From NCBI GenBank assembly GCA_964106915.2, contig OZ066918.1: a DNA stretch of 64,000 bases. One strand, 5' to 3'. The position numbers were made by a program, and so were the translations under genes. Each line of letters begins with the position of its first letter. Positions within the stretch are counted from its first letter, which is position 1. This DNA comes from Podarcis gaigeae. Lineage: Eukaryota. Below are positions 13,092 to 27,719 of this stretch, piece after piece. Under the pieces are notes generated by a model. That model saw only the letters and a program-made list of their open reading frames with translations, did not search any database and was not told the origin of the DNA.

Positions 13092-13445
13092 CATAAGAAC
13101 ATGAGTAGCCTTGTTAGATCAACCCAAAAGCTTATCTAGTCCCGTGTGCTGTTTCCACACGGCAGTCAACCAGATGTCCACAAGCAGGACACAAGGGCAG
13201 TAGCTCTCTCCGTCTCCATGTTGCCTCTCATCCTGGAGGTATTAGACAACCATTGTGACTCTCAGCCATTGATAGCCCTGTCCACCATGAATTTATCTAA
13301 TCTCATGTTAAAGCTATACAAATTGGCGGCTGTAACCAGAGTCTTGTAGTCCTCTTGTCTGTCTTGAATGGTCTACCATTCAGTTTCATTAGGTGATTCT
13401 GGGGCTCATGTATTATGAAAGAGGGAGGAAAAGCTTCTCTCTAGC
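13092..13445 (-). mobile_element. CR1-type LINE 3' fragment, degraded
   Basis: CATAAGAACATGAGTAGCC...CATTGATAGCCCTGTCCACCATGAATTTATCTAATC; reverse-complement similarity to 37990-38261. Confidence 0.65.
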
Positions 13446-16400
13446 CACCACTTGCTGGAGGAGATATTATAGTCCCATTCTGTTCAGCCCTCAAAAGCTG
13501 GGGGAAATCTTGGGATTGAGCAGCTGGCTGTTGGCCTGGGGCTCTGCGGGAGGGGTTGATTTATGGACTGTGAGGGGAAGAGATGACTGCCATCCTCTGT
13601 TGTCTTCCATCGTTTGGTTGGTTGGTTGGTTTGTAAGCAGAGTGTAAAACCTGAGCCCAGGAAAAAGGGATGGAGTGTGTATACTGCAGTCAGCTAGGTG
13701 GTCACAGCCAGAGTCAAATAAGGGCAAATTAAAAACAAATGTAAGAAACAATGAATAACGTAAGTGGTTCCAGATGGATATCGCCTCTCAGGGTCTGCCA
13801 ACAGGACACATGATGTCAGGTTAAATAATCAGTGCCAAAAACTCTTCTGGCCAAGGTTATTTTTCTCAATTGCTGTCAAATAAGAGTTAATCAAAGCTTT
13901 TTGGGTAATTGCTCCCTGGCTCAGGGAGATGCCAGGCAGGCTCTACATAGGTAACTATAAGTATACCTCATAGAACTTCCCAGAAAGCAGCTCTGTGAGC
14001 AGAAGGAAGGCCAAAAGTGTTCTGGCACCCTATAGACTAGAACCATATTGATTTAATGGGGCATGAGGTGTATAGGCAAGTCTGCAGCAGATATGAGATG
14101 GGCAGTATACATGTGAGATGAGAAAAGTAAATTATAGAGCACAGAAGTAAAACAAAAAACAGCACAATTTGATTACTAGATACAACACTCAACTTTCTGT
14201 GGCATGAGCAACTCTCATGGATGCAGCCTCTTCATCTGCTAAGGTGCCACCATGGCTTTTGGAGAAGAATCGTGGGTGCTAAAGTGGAAACAGGAGCTCA
14301 GTGCTTCTCAAGAGCTGCTTCTCAGACATTCTCTCTGAACCAGTTGTGGGACCTCAGGAATTAGACTTTGTGCTCTTCTGGTGAATCAAGGATGTAGTTA
14401 AAACCAGAGTCGAGTGCCTCTTGAAAGGAAATACCTTAGAGAGAGACTGTCTGGGAGCACCTTCTCAGAGGTTACAAACTTCTGCAAAAGCCACCACAGA
14501 TCAAGCACCTGATATCATCTAAAAACTTAATACTTTTCAATAGAGTAGGTTCATATATTTAGAACTGGAATCCTGTGACAGTGACAGACTGTACCATTTC
14601 ATACTGTGGGTGTGGTGGTGGTGGGGGTGCAATTTCAGGTCTCCCCTAGGCAAAACCCCACACACATCCATATAAACAATGAAGACATATAGACAAACAC
14701 ATACATACATGTAACATGGCAGGAATAAAGCTTTTGGTGCAGCCTGCTTCATACTTTCTATTTGCAGGGATTTATTTCTTTTGAACATCAAAGTGGTTTC
14801 CTTCCTCAGCCCTAGTTGGAAGTGGTAAAATCCATTATGTAACCTCAGAACTCAAGCAGCTCACTCTGCTGCATGTATAGACAAGACTTGTCAGTTGCAT
14901 GTCATCAAGTGATGTTCATGCATGTGTGAACTGGCCCCCCAGGAATAATTCATTCTTCCTGCCACCAAAAAAAAGCACATACCCATTTGCGTACACCTTC
15001 CATTTGGTTTGTTGGAGATGGTAGTTTTTACTTGTTCTGGTTGTTAATTGCTCTGTGCGCAAAACCAACTCTTCCTCTCTGCATTTCTTTCAGTTTGTTA
15101 CAAGATCAATAGAAGGGAGTTTACCATGCATACATTTGAATTTAAGAAATAAAGACCATTTTTTAAGATGACAGAATCATTCCTGTTTAGTGACTTCTTT
15201 GCAGGACGTAAAGCTGCTTTGAGTCATACCTGCATTGTCTGAAATAGCTTTCACCTCAATGCTAAACCTCCAGTGGCTACTTGATTTACTCTGGCCTGGA
15301 GCATTTCACAAAGGCTTAGACACAAAAAGAATGGACTCCAACAGCCTTGATGTATTAGCAAACCTAGCCAAAATAGATACAGCATGCAGTTATATACATC
15401 TTCCATCACTTGTTGCTGTTGTTTGGCTGTATTAAAACAAAAGCAGCTGTGAAAGAGTGCTTATTCAAATGCTGGTACAGATCAGATAACAAATCCATCA
15501 CATACACCTCAATCATAGACCAGCATATTTTACAAGAGCATTATGTTCAAAGCTTGCAGCTGGAAGGCTGAATCAACCTGAACTAGAAAGCAATTGGGTT
15601 GCTTGTTGTGCACTTAGAAGGCCTTTAAAATCACCTGGATATAAAAGCAGGCTGTGGGGGATGGCAGCAGGAGATACAGTCTCACTGCAGTGTTTGAGGC
15701 TAGTGGGAAACTTATGAGACCATATTCATAGTAACCCTTCAGGACCAAAACGCTGGGACTTTGTAAATCAAGAGGGCAAATGAAGAACACTGATATCAAG
15801 TCCTTTCAGTCCTGCTAGGAGGAAAGCCTGGTGTTGTATCTGTGTTAGAATGAGAGCACTATGCCCTCCCCATTGCAACACAACACCTCACCTCCCAGCT
15901 ACAATGGCAGGCTGGTCTTAGTGATCTATCTCAGGGATGCAATTTAACAGCTCATTAAGCAAAGACAGAGCATTGATCACCATTATTAAGCACACCTTTA
16001 GCTAATTGCAGATTTCCATTCTTATGGCTTAACTATGTAGGAAAAGTCAAGCACAGGATATTAAATCACCATGATCTAAATCCTGGACAGTTGATGTTCC
16101 TTTTTGATTTTACCATAATTAATTTTTCCTTTTTTTAATGTGGGGAATATTGTTGTGTTTTATATTGTAAACTGCCCTGTGATCTTCAGATAAAGAGCAG
16201 TACACATATTTAATAAACAATAATAATACCCGGTTTGATTTTAACCTAAAGCCTTGCTACCTATGAACAAGATTGGCATCCCATTCTGCAAGGAAGGCCA
16301 CAGCCACCTCCGCAATTCAGGAAGCATTTCAAGAATGGAGGTTCATTTCCTGTCCTCTGCTTCTATATTACTTGGTATAATAATCTTTAAGGCTGGATAG

Positions 16401-19400
16401 GTGAGTTTTAAAAACTGCTAAGTATGAATGGCAGTGTATAGATTACTTGTCAGTTTCATGGACAGAAACTCCATGTTTGCTGGCAAATATTGCAGCCTAT
16501 CGGGGATTTAAAATGTGGCAAGATGGTGATAGCAAATGTTTTGAGTTTCCAAATCAGCAAGGGAGCTGGGTAGTATAGGGCTGTTCTTGTGTAACTTTGG
16601 CATGTGGGAGATCTGGGATTAGGATTACAGTATGTGTTAAGGAGAAGGAGAAAACTAAATAAGCACCCTCATGTGGCTACTCTGGACAGGGTTTTAGTCC
16701 TTTCCCTTATGTAAATCCTTCCCCCCCCCCCACTGTTATTATCTCCATAAGTAGTGAGGCATTGGGGCGGGGGAAGGAAAAGGTGCAGATGGTGTTCCTG
16801 ACTTTTAAAATAGTTTGGGGCAGGGTGTGGGGGAAATTACATCATGAGATGGATTTAAACAACCCAGAGTGTATGGGGGCCCAGAGCGCACACACACACT
16901 CAGTCTTCAAAGCAGCTGATAAAAATGTCCCCCAAACCTTGGGAGATCCTAAACATGGACCAGATAGGAATGTCAAGTGTAAAAAGGCAAAACTTTCCAT
17001 TTCAGATGTCTTTATTTCTAGAGGCGTTTGCATCCCGTCTCCACTCACTTTCAAAAGGGAAAGAGGGAAATGAAGACTGTGTTTCATCCTCACAAACATG
17101 CTCTTCCCTCCACTAGCAGCAGATGTATGGAAGTATCTAGGGACAGTTCTTCTTGGTGGGAGTGGGGGAGCGGGGAGAGGAAGCCAGTCTGGGAATGCTG
17201 GCATTGAAGAGGACAGTGCTCTCCAGCCTCCTCCAGCCCCAGCTGGTGCTTGTCACCAGAGCGTTGGCTTTCCCAGAGCGCAACTTAAACCTAACAGCTT
17301 GGAGGTCCCAGGCCCCCTCCAGCACAGCAAGAGCCTCAAAGCCAATGCACTTGTAAGCTGATGCAGCAGAAATTAAATGAGCAAATGTGGCCGGGGCCTT
17401 CCCCAGCCTGCAGTTCATTACACACTCACAGCCCTGAGGCCCAGCGTGAGGGAAGGGTGAGTGGAGGGGGCTATGCCGAAGTCAGACAGCTTGGCTAATT
17501 AACCACTAATTACCTAGGAGAGTAAGGAGGCTCTGTGCAACCGAAGAGAGTGAGGGGGAAAATGTCTGAGGAGACGGGGGGGGGGGGAGCCATTGCACTT
17601 TCCCAGCAGGGGCTGCTGGAAGACCAGGGATGAGAGGTTAAGCAAAGGGCAACGGGTGGTGAAGTGATGGCACCTAGGGGGGTGCAGTTCATGGGGCAGC
17701 GGAAGAGCTGTGGCCAGAGGAAGCGCTCCTTTGCTCCGCTTCCAAGGCCCCGATTTCTTCCCAGATCTGTGCCCAGCTCATTTAATCTAGTCAATTGGAT
17801 TCACTTCCCATCCGCTTAATTCAATTAGTCCGAGAGGGGCAAAGGAGAAGGAGCCTGAACCAGACTGCACTTCATCAGCAACTAGGTAGATCAGAAAGGA
17901 AGGGAAGCGTTTAAGGGAAATGAATCGAAGGCCTGAGGTGGCACAACTCTGCCCAGAATGATTAGCAAGGTAGGGTGGGAAATGCATTTGTCTTTGTCTC
18001 TAGAATGGCCTGGGCTTGAATTATTCTCTAAGACTGAGAGACCAGTGTAAACCATTTGAGACAGGGCACATTTTTATCAACAAAACGGAGCGCCTGAATT
18101 AATTCTCTAGTCTAAAGCAATGATTTTCCCAACGTTGCATATGCATGCTCTGCAAAAAGGGGGGTGTGCACAAAAGAATCCCCACAACACCACTATGTAC
18201 ATTTACTAGGGAGTAAGTCCCACTGAACTTAGTGGGGCCAATGTGTGTAAATATGCATAGATATAGAATGCACATCAACAGAAGCAACAGAAATCATCTT
18301 CCCTATGGAGACAAGAGTCAAATGAGCCCCCCCCCATGCTGTGCCGCTTCCCAACCCCACAAAAGGTGTATCAATGCAGCTTGCTAACCAGAAGTGTGAA
18401 AAATGCTTTGCTGGAAGCTAATAGTTCAACAAGAGCCAAAGGCTGGGGCTGCAGGGAGAGGGAACATGGCTCTACATTGATGCCATGTTGAGAAGTGTAA
18501 TCCTGCACACCCCCTTTGAGGAACTGGCCACCTGTGAATCAGGGACACACAGAGTTCTGAGCTAAGGCTGGCAGTCTTGTTTTATGCCAACACGGTGAAA
18601 TGTGTTATGCCACATGGCAGCTTGCAGCTAGACAACAGGGTGCTTTAAGGCAGGAAATGTGAATACAAAACTGCAAAAGTGCCAGGCTGACCCCAGATGG
18701 ATCTCCATGCTAGAGGCCCACCATACATCATGGTCCTTATGTACCAAGTGCTGCTTTATGTGTGGGTGTGTTTTCCTGCAGACAAGGCAGGGCAGCAAGT
18801 CACTGTGTTGAAGGGTATCATGTTATCCATGTTTTCACACCATATGGTTTAGCTATACACCACTTGGCCGACCCCAAGTGCTACAGCTGGCTCCAAAACC
18901 AGCAAAGGCAAAGCAAGCACACAATAAACAAAAACAGATAAGGTCTAAGAGTGGCTGGTGAAACCCAGCCAGATGGGCGGGGTAGAAGTTGTTGTTGTTG
19001 TTAGAAAGAGAGACCTCCGCCAGAAGACAGTGCTCAGACTCCCTATCCACTTTGAAAAACGGAACAGGTCCCATGTGCTTTTGGCACACCTCAACAACAC
19101 AGAAGCAAAACCTTAGACGCAAACACTGTTGAAACTGGGTTGGCTCACAGTACCCTAGGACAAAGTGCTCTGTTCCTTTGATGCAGGCGAGATGCTCTGC
19201 TTAGATCAAAGGGCTAAAATTTTTCTGCAGGGCATAGAAATTTCATATATAATTATTTGTCATGCTGTACAACTGGAATCAGATGGGCCTTTAATAGTTT
19301 ACATGGGACATTCCTTCCTTTCATGTCACATGACTTGCTTGATCACGGCAGGTTTAAGATCTTGCCCTGCTGCCAGTCTAAATATTTGCTAGGCATCTAC

Positions 19401-19595
19401 ACTCCATTCTAGATATAGGATTCAAGAGCCAGCAATTGACTCAACAAAATAGTCCTCAGTATCGATCATGTTCTCTCCCCCATGCACAGGTATAAACTTC
19501 CCACAGCCTCCTCGCCCCTAAAGAAGGAAGTCTAGCTCTGGCCTTGATGCAAAATTCACCCTAAAAAGCAACTACTTGAGAAGGAACTTGTAAGG

Positions 19596-19731
19596 CAAGG
19601 ATGGAGAACCTGTGGTCTTCTAGGCGTTGTTGGACTCCAACTCCCATCATCACCAGCCAGCATGGCCAATGCTCAAGGATGTCAGGTTGTAATCCAACAA
19701 TATCTGGAGGGCCACAGGTTCCCTATCCTAT
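19596..19731. mobile_element. Short palindromic hAT-like MITE (about 135 bp)
   Basis: Inverted ends CAAGGATGGAGAACCTGTGG / CCACAGGTTCCCTATCC. Related fragments at about 1345-1470, 35160-35222, 42100-42180 and 42447-42562. Confidence 0.7.
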
Positions 19732-22700
19732 ATTGAGGATTAGCCATTGAACATGAGCATTGCTGATGACCTCTACCCTATCTATTCTCATTTCCCTGAA
19801 CAAGTACACAATGTATATTAAATATGTAACCCAGGTCAGCTGCCAGGGCCCACTGATCACTAGAACTATCCAAGCCAGATGAATCGTGGCAATTGCTCTT
19901 ATTCCTTGCTGTCAGCTCTAGCCAAACCCTCTCCCTGCCCACCCATCAGTCATGGAGTGGTACAATCTGAAGTGGTGCAGCTTTGCTCCATTCACAGACA
20001 TGCCACCTCAACATTTGTGTATGAGGACTTGGGACAGGAACACTGGGGAGAACCAGCTCCAATGACAGAGAAACAAGGTAATGGCTGTCATCAGGGATTA
20101 TACCCTTCTAATACTGAACTCAAAGCCATCTGGGCAGAAGTCCCTGACAACTAGGCAAGATTGGTGGTGGTTTTCCTAAGGTACTCATTTGTGGAATGCA
20201 TTTGATATGGATCAGCAGGCTTTCCCATATAGCCGTGGTGTGGTAATAAGCTTCTCGCAAGATAGTAAGCAACCATTTGGGATAGCTTATAAACTGCCCA
20301 ACCAGAGCCAGAACACTTGGAAATGCTATTGTGCTGTAGCACAGTGCGTGCGCACACACATTTTACAGCAAGACATGTTACTGTAGGAGAGCCCTCTCCA
20401 GCGTGAATGTGCCACATTAGTGCCCTATGGTGACTTATGGGGTGTGAAATGGCTGTAATGAGGACAGAATGCCAGGTAAGCTTCCGTCAGAGCATATGCA
20501 GTCTGGATAGTGTGCCTTGGGAGAAGGCTATTGAACAGTTACCCACACTCACAAGCTGCCATAAAGGAAATGTTAATTGAGGCGATAAAAGGCAGCTAGG
20601 GAGAAGGCAGATTCGAGTTGATAGCAGCTGGCTGCAATAAATGGGAAAGGGACCTGCTCTCTTAGGGTTGGGAGAGAATGCTTCTTTCCCAAGTAGTTTG
20701 CAGGATGGGAGTTGCAGATCCATTGCTTGGCAGAAACCAGTGGCAGAAACCATGCAGCCGAAGGCAGGATAATGTTGGGAATTCCTTGTGAAAATAATCA
20801 ACTAGCTGATTTTTGGCACAAGGGTCATATACCCCTTCTTCCACTAAACTTGAAGTATTCCCCACTGACTTTAATTCTCAGGGATTCTGGGGTCAGGCAG
20901 TGTTTATTGTTGGGCTTATCCAGGGGGAGAAGGAGCTTCCTTCTAGCTCCTATACTAAGCCCATATAGCCTGGAAGAAAGCTCTTTAGTCCTAACAAGTT
21001 AAAACTATATATATAAAAAACAGAAGAGTATTATGCCCAAGTGCACTAAGATGCACACCAATGTAAAACAAACATTATGAGATCCTGCTGGACTCAGAAT
21101 ATCTAAGCTGGAAACTGGTAAATTCAGACATCCAAAAAGAACAAGCCAGGCGCCACTGGTTCATACAGGTTCTCTTTCTCTTGCTCTTTTTTAACATAGG
21201 TGGGAGAAATTACCCACCCTACAACCCCTGGGAATAACCTTCCTCCTGCTGCGTGCAGGAATAGCAGCTAAGGTTGAGGACATCTTCTTTTCCTAGGTAT
21301 TTGTGCTGCGCCTTTACTTATTTTTATACCAAGTACTGTTTGCACCAGTTTAGTTCTCGGATTCACACTTCACCCATCATCCCTATCTCTGCTTTGAGGA
21401 ACTTGAGTGAGAATTCTTTCCTGGCTCCTAAATCCAGGATGCTTCATCACACACAAAAATACTCAGACTGAGGAAGACAGTCTGTGGTTGTCTGCATCTG
21501 ACTGGGAACAGACCCCAAAATGGCGATACACAAATATCCCTCATTAACTAACTCTGTAGGTGTGTTTGCACTGCAGTCTCAAGCCGGAAGGCAAGAGGAG
21601 CCCTGAAAACAACTGTGTGGAATCTGGACCAATTACTCTTGTGAGACAATCATCCCCTACTGGTTGACAGACTATAAGATCCACATTTGCCTAAAGTCCT
21701 CATCAGTGACCTAAATCTGGATGTTAACATCAATAACCCAATTTCATCATGAATTCAGCATTTCTCATCACTGCAACAGAGGAAGAGAGCTCTCTAGATG
21801 CAGTTAGTCCATGAGGCAGGTTAAGACAGGCTTGAACATCCCTTTATTCTCTGTCCACCCCATGGACAAGACCAGAATAATATAATTTGGGTTGGGAAAG
21901 ACTCAATTCTTGCTAGAGAAAGTGTGCCATAACCTTTAGAAAAACATTCACAAACTCCCTCAGGGCTGCAAAGAGAGAACTGGAAGCCTTCTGTATTGGA
22001 AACATTTATAGAGTCTGCTTCTGAATGATCAACAGATGCCCACAGAGATTCAATTCCTGCCAGGATGAAAAATTGGCAAATATTAAGTTCTCATGCAGTG
22101 ATTGAGCCGTTTCAGATTTAAATGGGTGAAAGTTGCCATTGTTAGGTGTTCTATTAATGGACCATATAGTGCCTCTGGGCCACTTCGCTTTGCAGTCCAG
22201 GGGCTGTCAGAACACTAAAACAAATGCTGGTGCTAGGGACAGAAATTTATCTTGGGGAAATGCAGCAAAATCTGCCTTCTGGTCATTCAGCAGCTGCAAG
22301 GCTGCTTGGAGGTAGTTTTCTGTACCGGTTGGCTAGACATGGTCTGAGGTTCTATGAAAAGTGCTGAAATGTCTTATTTTGCATGGACTTTCCTTTTTGT
22401 ACTGTGCTCAGAAATAGTGCTTGTGAGGAGTACAAGATTAGAACTGCCTGTGGAGATACCTGGGGACTGGAAGTAGCAGAGTCATTACTGCCTGAGCCAC
22501 TGGAGCTGATGGAATGGGAGCACTTGAGTGGTCAGTGTGTGGGTGTGCGTGTGGGTGTGAGAGAGAGAGAGATATGAAGCATGTGGTAGAACATCATTAT
22601 CTCATTGGCTGCCCAATATATAGGTAATATGAGGGTGAAATCACCAGCACAATCCCTAACGAGCATGGACAGTGTTTCTAGGATGCTCTTTGTGTATAGC

Positions 22701-25700
22701 AGTTTTTTTAAAAATTGAGAGCAAGAGTTCCTTGGCTTGCAACTATTTATATATGCCCACTGAAAACATCTCTAATTTATCCTTTTCTTAGTTTAGATTC
22801 TGCTCAAAATGGAAGGATATTGCAGGGGTCTCCCCCTCACTGCTTTATGAACGTTCACTTCATAGACAATGTTAATGGCTATGAGATTTCAATCGCCCCA
22901 CTTCAATCCACCCTTTAACCAAGGGCAAGCTGTGAGCAAATGTCCATTTGGCAAATTAAGACTTCCCAGGCAAAGCACGCTGCAGCAGCAGCATTGAGCA
23001 AGCTCCAGGAGCAGAAGCCAGGAGGTAGGGGATGTGGGGGGGGGGGGCGATCCTGAGAGCCAGACAGAAGTGCTGAGATATGCTTGTTTTTGCTTTGGTT
23101 AAAACATTAACAAGATTGCTCTGAAAGCTTTGCAAGAGGTTGGCTGCCAAAATTAAATGTTTAGAATTTAAAAGCATCCATTTTTATTAAAGTCTGACAT
23201 ATTGCTGGCTTGGCTTCAGTATTGGCTCCTACAGATGAGGAGAACTGGGCACTGAAAGACCAAGACCAAAGGTGAGCAGGGTGGCCAAGATGCAAATGAG
23301 GGCACAGTTCCTGCACCTTTAATGGTTATGCAGAGCACAGAATTTCAACAGGTACAGTTTGCATGTTATTCTCTCCTCCACACAACTATTTATATAGGTA
23401 TAGGTGCCCTGCCCTCATCTGCATCTTGCCCCCCTAAATATGGGTGCAAGGAGGCTATTCTGTATGCAAGCATCCTAGGAGAAAAGAGGTGGTAGAACTC
23501 ACCTGAACTCAGTTCTGGCACCTCTCAGGTGAGCACCATTGCCATTATAAAAGAACAAGGGAGACATTCGTGTTGAGTTCTGGCACCCCCACCCCCCGAA
23601 AAATAGTACTGCTTAGATCACACATAAGTTTAAAAATAGGCACATCCACTTTCATGTTTTGTGGTACATACCCCCTCCCTCCTAAGATTAGGTCATTATA
23701 GGCAGTTAAAATATTTGTCTTCTGGCTTCTGCCACTCCACTTAAGACCTGGCAACTCCACAGTCTCAGAGGCAGCTAAATTGATGGCAAAGACAGCTATA
23801 AATTAACCATTACAAAATTTATTCAAGTGCTCCATATAGATCTGTCGAAATTCTCCACCACAAGCCCCATCTTAGTCTCCCTCATTAGCGCTAAACATAT
23901 CCTGTCTCTAAAGAGTCTGAACCAGCATCAGGTGGAAGGAATGGAGGAAAATCCAAGCGGAATTAGCAGAGATGAAAAGCTACAGCTGTCTCAGACAGGG
24001 GTCATGGCTCAGAATAAGGAAGACCCCACTGCAGATAGATTTGTGCTAACTAATCTAGAATCACTAATTCACAGCTCTGAGTTCTTTCTCTTTCTATGGC
24101 CTCTGCAAGCAGCGACATAATTTCCATATCTATCAAGGGACAAACCACTGCCTGGGAGGCAGCTGTGGTTCCAGACAGGATAAAAGGAAGGCCAGTCAAC
24201 AAAATAATCAAACCCAAGTTTTGCCTTGGGCCTAATGCACTGCCTCTAATACTATGCTGTGTGAAGACATGAGTGCTGCTGGGGGAAAAAACAGTGTGCA
24301 GTAGCAACAGAAAGAGGGAATGTTACGAAGTATCCCTAAATTCAGATTTTGCAGTATTGTAGCCTACACCTGAGAATGGAAGCTCTGTTATGATTTGGAA
24401 GACAAGGAATGAACCACCTGCAATGTGTCTTGCTAAATACATTGGCAGCTGTCTTCTTGGCATCCTTCCTTATCACTTGTAAATTTAAAAGTAAAACACA
24501 AGAGCATCAGACTCTTTCTTGAAGTGTTAAGCCAAGGTGCCTAAAATGTCACTCTTTCGTTTTCCCCACATAGCTAATAAGGAAGTTTCAGTGGGATCAG
24601 GCTCCCACCAGAAAATAGTGATGATGTTAATCTTTTTCCCCTTCCACACCTGGACATCAGAAAGAAGTTACACCTTTAGAAGGCATTGCTCAGAGATTTA
24701 GGACAATCTCTTCCTGGCTGGCATGATTTAGAAACTTTTAGCACCCAATGCTTTCGGGAAGACAATATTTTTAGCCTTTTATTGTAAATATTAATCTCAG
24801 ATTTGGTTGTAAAAGCTGCTACTAGCCTGCTCAGAGTTAGGGGCTTCTTATCTTCAAGGGTTGGACTCTATCTCCCAGGATCTTCATTAATCTGTGACTC
24901 TCAGATCCACCCACCCACTCTGCAGGTGTCAGAAACTGTGTCCTCTTTTTCACAGAACAGGCCATATGCCCCTTTGTTACACTACCTCATTTTATTTTTC
25001 CTTGTTTTTTTGTTCCTTTTGCTGTACCAGAATGGTTCCAGGGTGACACTACCAAACTCTCCTCTGCATCCCTTACCAAAATACTCTGAGCCAGTGTTCT
25101 TAAGCTGGCAACAGATCTTTCCCTTCTCCATGCTTGTCCTACTGCTCTAAAAATCCCTCCCCACCCCGTGCATTTTTTTTGCCTTTACCTTCACATTTCT
25201 TCGAAACAGGTTTGTATAGCACATCCTCAGCAGCAATTTTCTCCACCACATTTCTCTCTTTTATTCTCACAAACCACTTCAAGCATTTCCACTATTAAAA
25301 AAAAAATTACTTCCCTGTTTTCTGTTAAGAAAGCCAAATAGCTCATACCGTTAGTTGCTTCAAGCTCTCCAGAACTGAAATCCTTTTCCTTTGCCAGTCA
25401 TCCCAAACGTTTTCCTCATTTGTTAATATTGCCAAATTGTGTTCATCTTCTTTTTCCAAAGTGTGCTGCACAAGCCCCCTCCTGCAGTTTTTGTGGTAAG
25501 GCTGTTGCTTTAGAATGATTTCCTTTTATTGCTGTGGCCAGGCAGCTTCCCCCCTCCTCAATTTCTTGTTAGCAGTCTTCCTTTGCTGCATATTTCTGCG
25601 AATTGAAAGCTTGCACCATTAGTTTTAACCCTTTTATTAGCTTTAAACTCATTTAAACTTAGCCTGTTGTTAGTGTGTTGTGAACATCTGCATCAATTGA

Positions 25701-27719
25701 ATCTGCTTAATAGCTTTCAACAAATATGTTACAGTAATTCCTTCCGATACAAAAAAATAACTTGAGATTTCATTGTCCATGATGACCCTTGGAGTTCCAA
25801 ATTCCAGAGTGTGTTCAGGCTCAAGCACAAAAGATCCTAAAAATAGGGGCCAAGGTTGCATGTGTAAGCTTGCATTGCGTGCACACTGCACACTTCATAA
25901 CAGAGACCTTTCACCCAAACCACCTTGAATTGCTTGACATGTGCATATAGTGAGGGTAGCATCTTCCCCAGCCAACCTTTTGTCACCTGCATCAAGGGAT
26001 ATGCATTCAAACAGGAAGTGTGCAACTGCTCAAAGAATTACAGTAGAAAAATGACATTGTGTTGTATCCAAAGCTGAGTGAGGGACATTCCACTTGCACA
26101 ATGAGACTTCTTCTGTCTCTGCTCTCCCCACCCTCCCCAAATCTGCTTCAGGGAGATGCAGGGGGGAGTTCAACCGTGCAAGCCAAAGTCTGTTGTGCAA
26201 GAGAAATGACAGTGTTGGATACAAACGACAATCCAAGATGCTTCCAACTGAGTCAGATAAACCCAAAGGCATCAATTCATGATAATACCAATCACTATAA
26301 ACTAGGAAGTACATCCTAAAACAAAGGGTACTCCTATAACAAACTGAGAACTAACTACAGAATGCAGATTGGAAAGGGGGAAGCGCAGAAACACACCCCT
26401 TGCTGAAAAGAACTCTCATGACCTATGTGAAGAAGACCCCACTCCCAGCCCAAAGTATAGGACCACAGAGCTTCTCTTCCTGGTTAATTCTGAGGATGAC
26501 CCTGCCTACCAAGCAAGAGAAGGCACATGAACAAATGAAGTAAAAGGCTCCTGAGCAGGGGTTGCCACCCACCCACTCAGTCTCAACCTCTTCTATTGGC
26601 TGCAAAGTAATACATCTCTCAAACCCAATTTCGGCTGGGGAGGGGACCCGGTGAGTGCCACAGAAGTCAAATGTGCTCTATGTTGGTAACTAGTTTGACA
26701 AAGAAAATGCTTGCAGGTAACAAACTGAAAAGGACTCAAAGAATTAAGCTTGCAATTTTCAGATTTTCAAACCCAACTTCTCTCCACCTCGCACAACCCA
26801 TCCTAAATACTTCACTGAAGACGGCAAGTGCTCTGAAGCAAGGACTATGTCATTTGTGTATTTGGTACAACAGCAAGCACAGCATTAGGACCAAGAACAT
26901 GTTAAGAGTAGTAATAATTTATTACCTCTCCCTCAAAAGAGCACGAAAAGATACACTGCACACAATAGAGTGATCAGAGGCGCCACACCCCTCCCTGGCC
27001 CCTTACTGCCAAATTCTATATACATCATCTTACAGGTGCTATTTCAGCAGCAAGGTGTTCATAGTGTTTCTTCTAGAGGGGGGGAAAAAGAATTATTCCT
27101 TGAAATTCTGGCCTCAAAGTCCACTGCTAAGCATGGCTGAGATCCATCCACGTACTGGGAAAGGGAGGTTCTCATCGGAGTCCATAAAGAACAGAGGAAT
27201 CACACAAGATGGCAGTCTGTTCTGAATAATAACCAACATACACCAGGAAAGAGCCCAGTAAGGGTGCCTGTATACCTGCTTGCCGAATCCTGTTGGCATC
27301 CATTGGACATGGTTCTGCAGCCTGGAAGATAATATGCAGGTAGGAGACAACCCCCTGCAACAGATACTGTGCCAAATACTCCCAACGTTTTAATTAAGAA
27401 TTCAGACTCTAAATTTTAGAGCTCATCTGATTGAGATTTCCAGTCTGAGTACAGTACCAAAGGTATGACCAATTCCTGGCTTCCCAACAGAGCACAGTCC
27501 TATATTTCTAGAAAAAGGATAACAAAAATCTATGGGACAGCTGACTGGACAAACATGTCCTGTAATCTGCCGTTGCAGCCCTTGGTGAACAAGAGTATAG
27601 AACAAAATGCCAGAGATGTAGAACACTGATTTTCCCCATCCCAGGCTTCTTTTCCCCTAAAATGCTGCGAGATACTCCCAACTAATTAATTCCCTACTTC
27701 TACCTATGCAATGAAGCAC

